From Bugula neritina (taxonomy: Eukaryota; Animalia; Bryozoa), in assembly GCA_964035545.1 (NCBI GenBank), contig OZ037765.1:15438995-15502994 (forward strand): 64,000 bases of DNA. Direction: 5' to 3'. The notes beneath the pieces were generated by a model that had not been told where the DNA came from, did no database searches, and worked only from the letters and a program-made list of their open reading frames with translations. Positions 13,471 to 23,754 of this stretch are shown piece after piece. The first letter of the stretch is position 1. The number at the start of each line of letters is the position of its first letter. Both the position numbers and the translations under genes were made by a program.

Positions 13471-16400
13471 TAGGCACTTTTTAGCACATTTGGGCACTTT
13501 TCAGCACATTTAGGCACTTTTAGCACATTTGGGCACTTTCCAGCACATTTGGGCACTTTTAGCACATTTGGGCACATTTAGGCACTTTTTAGCACATTTA
13601 GGCACTTTTCAGCACATTTAGGCACTTTTAGCACATTGAGGCACATTTAGGCACTGTTTAGCACATTTAGGCACTTTTAGGCACTTTCCAGCACATTTGG
13701 GCACTTTTAGCACATTTAGACACTTTTAGCACATTTAGGCACATTTAGGCACTTTTAGGCACTTTCCAGCACATTTGGTCTCTTTTAGCACATTTAGGCA
13801 ATTTTTAGCACATTTTGGCACTTTTTAGCACATTTGGGCACTTTTCAGCACATTTAGGCACTTTTAGCACATTTAGGCACATTTAGGCACTGTTTAGCAC
13901 ATTTAGGCACTTTTAGGCACTTTCCAGCACATTTGGGCACTTTTAGCACATTTGGGCACATTTAGGCACTTTTTAGCACATTTAGGCACTTTTCAGCACA
14001 TTTAGGCAATTTTAGCACATTGAGGCACATTTAGGCACTGTTTAGCACATTTAGGCACTTTTAGGCACTTTCCAGCACATTTGGGCACTTTTAGCACATT
14101 TAGGCACTTTTGGCACATTTAGGCACATTTAGGCACTTTTAGGCACTTTCCAGCACATTTGGGCACTTTTAGCATATTTAGGCACATTTAGGCACTTTTT
14201 AGCACATTTAGGCAGTTTTAGGCACTTTCCAGCACATTTGGGCACTTTTCGCACATTTAGGCACTTTTAGCACATTTAGGCACTTTTTAGCACATTTGGG
14301 CACTTTTAGGCACTTTTTAGCACATTTGGGCACTTTTCAGCACATTTAGGCACTTTTAGCACATTTGGGCACATTTAGGCACTGTTTAGCACTTTTTGGC
14401 ACTTTCCAGCACATTTGGGCACCTTTAGCACATTTAGGCACTTTTAGGCACCTTTTAGCACATTTGGGCACTTTTTAGCACATTTGGGCACTTTTCAGCA
14501 CATTTAGGCACTTTTTAGCACATTTAGGCACTTTTCAGCACATTTAGGCGCTTTTAGCACATTTGGGCACATTTAGGCACTGTTTAGCACATTTAGGCAC
14601 TTTTAGGCACTTTCCAGCACATTTGGGCACTTTCCAGCACATTTGGGCACTTTTAGCACATTTAGGCACCTTTTAGCAAATTTGGGCACTTTTTAGCACA
14701 TTTGGGCACTTTTCAGCACATTTAGGCACTTTTTAGCTTATTTAGGCACTTTTCAGCACATTTAGGCGCTTTTAGCACATTTAGGCACATTTAGGCACTG
14801 TGTAGCACATTTAGGCACTTTTAGGCGCTTTCCAGCACATTTGGGCACTTTTAGCACATTTAGGCACTTTTTAGCACATTTAGGCACTTTTTAGCCTATT
14901 TAGGCATTTTTTAGCACATTTAGGCACTTTTTAGCACATTTTGGCACTTTCAGCACATTTGGGCACTTTTAGCACATTTGGGCACATTTAGGCACTTTTT
15001 AGCACATTTAGGCACTTTTCAGCACATTTAGGCGCTTTTAGCACATTTAGGCACATTTAGGCACTGTTTAGCACATTTAGGCACTTTTAGGCACTTTCCA
15101 GCACATTTGGGCACTTTTAGCACATTTGGCACTTTTAGCACATTTAGGCACATTTAGGCACTTTTAGGCACTTTCCAGCACATTTGGGCACTGTTAGCAC
15201 ATTTAGGCACTTTAGGCACTTTTAGCACATTTAGGCACTTTTAGGCACTTTTTAGCACATTTGGGCACTTTTTAGCACATTTAGGCACCTTTTAGCACAT
15301 TTAGGCACTTTTTAGCACATTTAGGCACTTTTCAGCACATTTAAGCACTTTTAGCACATTTAGGCACATTTAGGCACTTTTAGGCACTTTCCAGCACATT
15401 TGGGCACTTTTAGCACATTTAGGCCATTTTAGGCACTTTTTAGCACATTTGGGCACTTTTCAGCACATTTAAGCACTTTTAGCACATTTGGGCACATTTA
15501 GGCACTGTTTAGCACTTTTAGGCACTTTTAGGCACTTTCCAGCACATTTGGGCACTTTAGCACATTTAGGCACTTTTTAGCACATTTGGGCACTTTTTAG
15601 CACTTTTAGGTACTTTCCAGCACATTTGGGCACTTTTAGCACATTTAGGCACTTTTAGCACATTTAGGCACATTTAGGCACTTTCCAGCACATTTGGGCA
15701 CTTTTAGCACATTTAGGCACTTTTAGGCACTTTTTAGCACATTTGGGCACTTTTCAGCACATTTAGGCACTTATAGCACATTTGGGCACTTTTCAGCACA
15801 TTTAGGCACTTTTTAGCACATTTAGGCACTTTTCAGCACATTTAAGCACTTTTAGCACATTTAGGCACTTTTAGCACATTTAGGCATATTTAGGCACTTT
15901 TAGGCACTTTTTAGCACATTTGGGCACTTTTCAGCACATTTAGGCACTTTTTAGCACATTTGGGCACTTTCCAGCACATTTGGGCACTTTTAGCACATTT
16001 GGGCACATTTAGGCACTTTTTAGCACATTTAGGCACTTTTCAGCACATTTAGGCACTTTTAGCACATTGAGGCACATTTAGGCACTGTTTAGCACATTTA
16101 GGCACTTTTAGGCACTTTCCAGCACATTTGGGCACTTTTAGCACATTTAGACACTTTTAGCACATTTAGGCACATTTAGGCACTTTTAGGCACTTTCCAG
16201 CACATTTGGTCTCTTTTAGCACATTTAGGCAATTTTTAGCACATTTTGGCACTTTTTAGCACATTTGGGCACTTTTCAGCACATTTAGGCACTTTTAGCA
16301 CATTTAGGCACATTTAGGCACTGTTTAGCACATTTAGGCACTTTTAGGCACTTTCCAGCACATTTGGGCACTTTTAGCACATTTGGGCACATTTAGGCAC

Positions 16401-17660
16401 TTTTTAGCACATTTAGGCACTTTTCAGCACATTTAGGCAATTTTAGCACATTGAGGCACATTTAGGCACTGTTTAGCACATTTAGGCACTTTTAGGCACT
16501 TTCCAGCACATTTGGGCACTTTTAGCACATTTAGGCACTTTTGGCACATTTAGGCACATTTAGGCACTTTTAGGCACTTTCCAGCACATTTGGGCACTTT
16601 TAGCATATTTAGGCACATTTAGGCACTTTTTAGCACATTTAGGCAGTTTTAGGCACTTTCCAGCACATTTGGGCACTTTTCGCACATTTAGGCACTTTTA
16701 GCACATTTAGGCACTTTTAGCACATTTGGGCACTTTTAGGCACTTTTTAGCACATTTGGGCACTTTTCAGCACATTTAGGCACTTTTAGCACATTTGGGC
16801 ACATTTAGGCACTGTTTAGCACTTTTTGGCACTTTCCAGCACATTTGGGCACCTTTAGCACATTTAGGCACTTTTAGGCACCTTTTAGCACATTTGGGCA
16901 CTTTTTAGCACATTTGGGCACTTTTCAGCACATTTAGGCACTTTTTAGCACATTTAGGCACTTTTCAGCACATTTAGGCGCTTTTAGCACATTTGGGCAC
17001 ATTTAGGCACTGTTTAGCACATTTAGGCACTTTTAGGCACTTTCCAGCACATTTGGGCACTTTCCAGCACATTTGGGCACTTTTAGCACATTTAGGCACC
17101 TTTTAGCAAATTTGGGCACTTTTTAGCACATTTGGGCACTTTTCAGCACATTTAGGCACTTTTTAGCTTATTTAGGCACTTTTCAGCACATTTAGGCGCT
17201 TTTAGCACATTTAGGCACATTTAGGCACTGTGTAGCACATTTAGGCACTTTTAGGCGCTTTCCAGCACATTTGGGCACTTTTAGCACATTTAGGCACTTT
17301 TTAGCACATTTAGGCACTTTTAGCCTATTTAGGCATTTTTTAGCACATTTAGGCACTTTTTAGCACATTTTGGCACTTTCAGCACATTTGGGCACTTTTA
17401 GCACATTTGGGCACATTTAGGCACTTTTTAGCACATTTAGGCACTTTTCAGCACATTTAGGCGCTTTTAGCACATTTAGGCACATTTAGGCACTGTTTAG
17501 CACATTTAGGCACTTTTAGGCACTTTCCAGCACATTTGGGCACTTTTAGCACATTTGGGCACTTTTAGCACATTTAGGCACATTTAGGCACTTTTAGGCA
17601 CTTTCCAGCACATTTGGGCACTGTTAGCACATTTAGGCACTTTTAGGCACTTTTAGCACA
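12785..17660. repeat. Satellite A near-perfect tandem duplication, ~2430-bp period
   Basis: Rare variants recur at offset 2430-2431: GCACATTGAG 13631/16062, TTTTAGCTTA 14731/17161, GGCCATTTTA 12991/15422. Boundaries approximate. Confidence 0.85.
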
Positions 17661-20600
17661 TTTGGGCACTTTTCAGCACATTTAGGCACTTTTAGCACAT
17701 TTGGGCACATTTAGGCACTGTTTAGCACATTTAGGCACTTTTAGGCACTTTCCAGCACATTCGGGCACTTTTAGCACATTTAAGCACTTTCAGGCACCTT
17801 TTAGCACATTTGGGCACTTTTTTGCACATTTGGGCACTTTTCAGCACATTTAGGCGCTTTTAGCACATTTAGGCAGATTTATGCACTTTTCAGCACATTT
17901 AGGCACTTTTAGGCACTTTCCAGCACATTTGGGCACTTTTAGCACATTTAGGCACTTTTAGCACATTTAGGCACATTTAGGCACTTTTAGCACATTTAGG
18001 CACATTTAGGCACTTTTCAGCACATTTAGGCACTTTTAGCACATTTAGGCACATTTAGGCACTTTTTAGCACATTTAGGCACTTTTTAGCACATTTGGGC
18101 ACTTTTAGCATATTTAGGCACATTTAGGCACATTTAGGCACTTTTTAGCCTATTTGGGCATTTTTTAGCATATTTAGACACTTTTTAGCACATTTCGGCA
18201 CTTTCAGCACACTTAGGCACATTTAGGCACTTTTTAGCACATTTGGGCACTTTCCAGCACATTTGGGCACTTTTAGCACATTTGGGCACATTTAGGCACT
18301 TTTTAGCACATTTAGGCACTTTTCAGCACATTTAGGCACTTTTAGCACATTGAGGCACATTTAGGCACTGTTTAGCACATTCAGGCACTTTTAGGCACTT
18401 TCCAGCACATTTGGGCACTTTTAGCACATTTAGGCACTTTTAGCACATTTAGGCACATCTAGGCACTTTTAGGCACTTTCCAGCACATTTAGGCACTTTT
18501 AGCACATTTAGGCACATTTAGGCATTTTTTAGCACATTTAGGCCTTTTTTAGCACATTTAGGCACTTTTTAGCACATTTAGGCACTTTTAGTACATTTAG
18601 GCATATTAAGACTTTTTAGGCACTTTTAGGCACTTTTTAGCACATTTAGGCACTTTTGGCCCATTTAGGCACCTTTAGGCATTTTTTAGCACATTTAGGC
18701 ACTTTCAGGCACTTTTAGGCACTTTTAGCACATTTGGGCACTTTTTAGCACATTTAGGCACTTTTTAGCACATTTAGGCACTTTCGAGCACATTTAGGCA
18801 CTTTTCAGCACATTTAGGCACTTTTAGCACATTTAGGCACATTTAGGCACTTTTAGGCACTTTCCAGCACATTTGGGCACTTTTAGCACATTTGGGCACA
18901 TTTAGGCACTTTTTAGCACATTTAGGCACTTTTCAGCACATTTAGGCACTTTCCAGCACATTTGGGCACTTTTAGCTCATTTAGGCACTTTTTAGCACAT
19001 TTAGGCACTTTTAGGCACTTTCCAGCATATTTGGGCACTTTTAGCACATTTAGGCACTTTTTAGCACATTTAGGCACTTTTTAGCCTATTTGGGCATTTT
19101 TTAGCACATTTAGGCACTTTCAGCACACTTAGGCACATTTAGGCACTTTTTAGCACATTTGGGCACTTTCCAGCACATTTGGGCACTTTTAGCACATTTG
19201 GGCACATTTAGGCACTTTTTAGCGCACTTAGGCACTTTTCAGCACATTTAGGCACTTTTAGCACATTTAGGCACTGTTTAGCACATTTAGCCACTTTTGG
19301 GCACTTTCCAGCACATTTGGGCACTTTTAGCATTTTTAGGCACTTTTAACACATTTAGGCACATTTAGGCACTTTTAGGCACTTTCCAGCACATTTGGGC
19401 ACTTTTAGCACATTCAGGCACTTTTAGGCACTTTTTAGCACATTTGGGCACTTTTCAGCACATTTAGGCACTTTTAGCACATTTGGGCACATTTAGGCAC
19501 TGTTTAGCACTTTTAGGCACTTTTAGGCACTTTCCAGCACATTTGGGCACTTTTAGGCACCTTTTAGCACATTTGGGCACTTTTTAGCACATTTGGGCAC
19601 CTTTCAGCACATTTAGGCACTTTTTAGCACATTTAGGCACTTTCCAGCACATTTAGGCGCTTTTAGCACATTTAGGCACATTTAGGCACTGTTTATCACA
19701 TTTAGGCACTTTTAGGCACTTTCCAGCACATTTGGGCACTTTTAGCCCATTTAGGCACTTTTAGCACATTTAGGCACATTTAGGCACTTTCCAGCACATT
19801 TGGGCACAGCACATTTAGGCACTTTTAGGCACTTTTTAGCACATTTGGGCACTTTTCAGCACATTTAGGCACTTTTAGCACACACAGTTAGTTTAAGGTC
19901 ATTACTTTCCAGATTCAGGCACTGCTTTATGTTATATATAAACGGTTTCCAGGGGATAGCTCGAACAGTTTGTGTCTCACATTAATAAATTTTACATGAA
20001 AAGATAGCTCTTGCATTCCTCTTTCATATACTTTTTTAATTTTTCAATAAAAAATTTTCTGAGAAAGTTGTTGCATAATATGTAAAATTTTACACCCTCC
20101 ATGTTCCACTGCTGTAGCACAGGGGATTCATTTTATAAAGTCTAAAAGTTAAACTTGACATTCCTTGATATGTTTTCTCTAATATACTTTCTTTGTTTTT
20201 TGAAATTCTGTTTATGCTCTTCACAATTTGGTAAAAACATACACCATTATGCAAGTTTCACTGCAATTTTCTAAATTCTTCATATGGTGGTTCTAGCTAC
20301 GCTCCTGTGACTAATTATAACATTCCTAGTACGTTTGCCGCTCTGCGCTATCACAATAACATATAGTACCCTCTCGCACAAATTTGCATTCTATTGGATT
20401 TCTGCCAATATAATGTTCCCTGTTTTACATTAGCACTTAGCTGAATCATCTCACTATGTTACAATAATATATTGAAAATGCCTCAGCACAACATAATTCT
20501 TTGTTTGTTTGGCAGAGTTAATTTCAGCTAAATCACTTCACTTTGCAGTCTTGTCAGTAAAGGTCTGTCTATAGTGCAGCAGGTGTACTTTCAGTTTCTC

Positions 20601-20721
20601 TAATTCACATATGATTATTTTAAGTACATTGTATTCTATAAGATAAATTTAAGGTTTAGTCCAGGTTTATGCATGTATGTTGTCTTACTGTTGAACAAAA
20701 GTTAAAAAAAAACTTTACAAT

Positions 20722-21476
20722 CACAGGATAGTTACGGGCAACCTTTTAGTTCTAGCTGCTATGCTGATGATGCATTGTTATCATATAAGAAATCAGTCCC
20801 AGTAAAATAAAATCTTACCTAATTGTGCTAGAATCAAAATTTAAAAACTATGCTGTAGATAGCTTTCTTCCTCAGCGCGGTTTTTTTGGAATTTTTAATT
20901 TTCCATTTTTTGGCTAAGCTGCAGACAAAAAAACTACCCATTTTCTCCTATTTTTAGCTGAAAAAACATCATGTCAGTACCAGTAAAATATCTCAGCAGG
21001 AAAACATAGTATCTGAAAAAAGAAAACACTGTTGGAATCCTGAGATATTTCTGCAGCGCGGTTTTGTAATGTTTCTAATAGCTTTTATAGATTTTCTATA
21101 AATTAGTGATTTATACGCTGAAAATGAGATAATTTTTCTTTACTAATAAGCACTGCGAATCACTTCGCGCTTCAGTGAACGCGTAGAGATGAGAAGATAT
21201 TGGCTTGTCCATTACTAATTACAGACCTGCTAGCCTACAAGCTAGTGAATAGCTTGGTGTGTAATTCATTAATAGAGTAGCCACAATGGAATGTTGATAT
21301 ATAATGCAGCCCTAATTGAGCTTGCTGTTTATTGGTCATAGTCTAATATCAGGCTAAACATACACAGGCAGGCAACACGCATGCCACCCACAGAACAATA
21401 TTATAGCAAGAACCTAGACTACATTGTGAGCTAAATTTATGATATTCTTAGTAAGGATGCCCTTAACTATCCTGTG
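20722..21476. mobile_element. 755-bp MITE nested in copy 1 (CACAG termini, 2-bp TSD AT)
   Basis: TIR CACAGGATAGTTAcGGGCAaCCTT vs reverse complement of right end CACAGGATAGTTAaGGGCAtCCTT (22/24). Flanks ...TTTACAAT|element|ATTATAGCC versus empty site TTTACAATTATAGCC in copy 2 (~35398-35412). Confidence 0.93.
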
Positions 21477-21529
21477 ATTATAGCCAAATTTATTATACAT
21501 GCGTAGGATTTGCATAAAAAGACAAAAAG

Positions 21530-21605
21530 AAATTGCAACAAGACAGGGTTGAACCATGACCAAGCAACTCCTCGCTGAGGCCTCTAACCTCTGGACTACG
21601 CAGTC
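21530..21605 (-). pseudogene. Degenerate tRNA-like / SINE-head-like segment (copy 1, first unit; a second, more deleted version at ~22078-22150)
   Basis: Minus strand reads GCGTAGTCCAGAGGTTAGAGG...GGTCATGGTTCAACCC: A-box-like TAGTCCAGAGG and B-box-like GTTCAACCC; cloverleaf not intact. Confidence 0.4.
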
Positions 21606-21635
21606 ATCGTTAATGAGGCACTACTATATGAGTAA

Positions 21636-22184
21636 CTCTGCACTATCACAATAACATATAGTACCCTCTCGCACAAATTGGCAATCTATTGGATTTCTGC
21701 CAATATAATGTTCCCTGTTTTACATTAGCACTTAGCTGAATCATCTCACTATGTTACAATAATATATTGAAAATGCCTCAGCACAACATAATTCTTTGTT
21801 TGTTTGGCAGAGTTAATTTTAGCTAAATCACTTCACTTTGCAGTCTTGTCAGTAAAGGTCTGTCTATAGCGCAGCAGGTGTACTTTCAGTTTCTCTAATT
21901 CACATGTGATTATTTTAAGTACATTGTATTCTATAAGATCAATTTAAGGTTTAGTCCAGTGTTCAGTATCTAATTATTATGCATGTATGTTGTCTCACTG
22001 TTGAACAAAAGTTCAAAAAAAAACTTTACAATTATAGCCATATTTATTATACATGCGTAGGATTTGCATAAGTTGACAAAAAAATTGCATCAAAACAGGG
22101 TTGACCCATGACCAACCAACTCGACGCCTCTAACTTCTGGACCACGCAGTCATCGTTAATAAGACGTGCACTATATGAGTAACT
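21636..22184 (+). repeat. Second copy of a ~550-bp internal segment of the transposon (direct duplication of 20341-21635 minus the MITE)
   Basis: At 21636 the sequence returns to CTCTGC(G/A)CTATCACAATAACATATAGTACCC first seen at 20341 and runs again to TATGAGTAACT; the segment is single in copies 2 and 3. Confidence 0.92.
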
Positions 22185-22925
22185 ATCATTACATAAATAT
22201 TTCGCGCGCAAATGGGTTATAATTATTAGGCTGTCAATTCATGTTGGTAGCAGTCAACTGTTGCAATAGTCTCGGGTTACTAGCAAAGCTAATGGCTTTG
22301 AACAAATAACCCAAAAGTTTAAAAATAAGTAGCTTGCGTATTACTAGCTACAAAAACAGGTTTGAAATAGACTGGTAAAGCATGCTCTTATTGTAAAGTT
22401 TGCAGATGTGCTCTAAAATAAAACTTAAACTGTATGCTATTACATAAGTATTTGTATGCAAGAGATAAATGGACATTACTGAGTTTCTGGAAAACAACAT
22501 ACTTGAAGTTAACTTTGACAATGGTGTGTTATTTTCATCATACACTAGCACAGGTAGGGCCTATAGCATAAATCTCTAATCATATGAATCTTTATGAAGC
22601 CCACAGCTCATGTAAGGGTGGCAAATGTAATTTGAAACTAAAAATTATGTTGCTGCATTGTGTTTAAGGTATATTATGGAGCAAAATTTGGTTTTGGTAG
22701 CCTACCCCAACGGCATTCTACAATACAGCTCATACGCTGGCAGTTGTAATAAGAACTGACAATAGCAAGGTTACAATCACTGCTAGCTCTGTGCAGTATG
22801 TAATTGTAACCTCTTGAATAATTGCGCCAATTTTAAACTCTTGGAAGTAGGCCAAATTATCATATCGCAGCCAGCCACCTGAGACAAAGCATCAGAGCTA
22901 TTCATATAATATTATTATACTGACG

Positions 22926-23003
22926 CACTTGGTAGCAGAGTGGCTAATCTAATATAGTTCATAGTTCAACACCCTTTACTTTGGGAATACAGCCTCTTTT
23001 TTT
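22926..23003 (+). promoter_or_regulatory. Putative Pol III A-box/B-box pair with downstream T-run (also ~36283-36360 and ~43810-43886)
   Basis: TAGCAGAGTGG (22933-22943) fits TRGCNNARYGG; GTTCAACAC (22964-22972) fits GTTCRANNC; T7 at 22997-23003. A-B spacing of 31 bp is shorter than in a canonical tRNA. Confidence 0.3.
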
Positions 23004-23754
23004 AGGTTTACCTTACAAAGCATGAAAATATCTAAACTGGTATTCTGATAATTTAGAGGTACATTTTGAAAACTAGGTTAATTGCACTTGTTTGCACAAC
23101 AATAATAAAATAGATATTATGCAGTATAATAAAAACACACATAATACTATATAATATATTATAATGATAATAATATAATATTATAAGTACCATTACTGCA
23201 TTTTATAAATCACATGGTTGCCAAAAAAATGTATCACAAATTTTGTAATTATACATCAAAAATAGAACTAGCTAGGCAGCAGGTTAGAATAGAGTAAATT
23301 TTTAAAACATGAAATCATGATTTGACTATTGTTTTATTTAGGCACAACCAAGCTAGGAATACAAGATTGGGTTTTAGCTGACAGTTTATAACATTTGGCT
23401 TTTGAGCCAGCAGCACTGGCACTTGTGAAGTATAGGCAAAGTTAGTGAAGCGAGACTAACAAGCACTCAAATACAAGGCATATTGAGACGCAATAACAAG
23501 TCAGGAGCGTATAAATTGAAAAGAATGTGGAAGGGGGACTATGTTTTTCAACAAGCTATAACTTAAACATGAATTGGCTTTTGAAAAAAATAAAAAAGTA
23601 TATTGGAGAACATAAGTTTCTTTATCTTTTCATATTTTTTTTGTTCCTGCGACATTCGACCTGTTCGAGCTATCAGTGAAACATTGTTCATATAGAACAT
23701 AAAGCACCTGGCAAAAAGCCAGAAAATGAAAAGTATGACCTTAAACTAACTGTG

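Larger units (their letters stand above)
1..19882. repeat. Satellite A: tandem array of 9/10-bp units (GCACATTTAG, GCACATTTGG, GCACTTTTA, GCACTTTTTA, GCACTTTCCA) with kb-scale higher-order duplications; open at left window edge
   Basis: GCAC recurs every 9-10 bp from position 1 to ...TTTTAGCACA at 19882, where the transposon terminus CACAGTT begins. Confidence 0.98.
19883..23754 (+). mobile_element. Non-autonomous TIR DNA transposon, copy 1 (CMC/EnSpm-like), composite/rearranged, at the satellite A/B boundary
   Basis: Perfect 20-bp TIR CACAGTTAGTTTAAGGTCAT (19883-19902 / 23735-23754); colinear with copies 2 and 3; flanks CA (left) and AA (right) do not form a TSD; no transposase ORF. Superfamily inferred from CAC...GTG ends and the 2-bp TSD of sister copies. 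Confidence 0.93.

Noticed and set aside
19883-19925. Terminus CACAGTT resembles the RSS heptamer CACAGTG (Transib/ProtoRAG)
   Set aside because: No nonamer-like ACAAAAACC at 12- or 23-bp spacing, and the TSD is 2 bp rather than the 5 bp typical of Transib/RAG transposons.
23141-23190. AT-only palindromes (TATAATATATTATA, TATAATATTATA) in each transposon copy
   Set aside because: Expected in low-complexity AT-rich sequence; no independent evidence of function.
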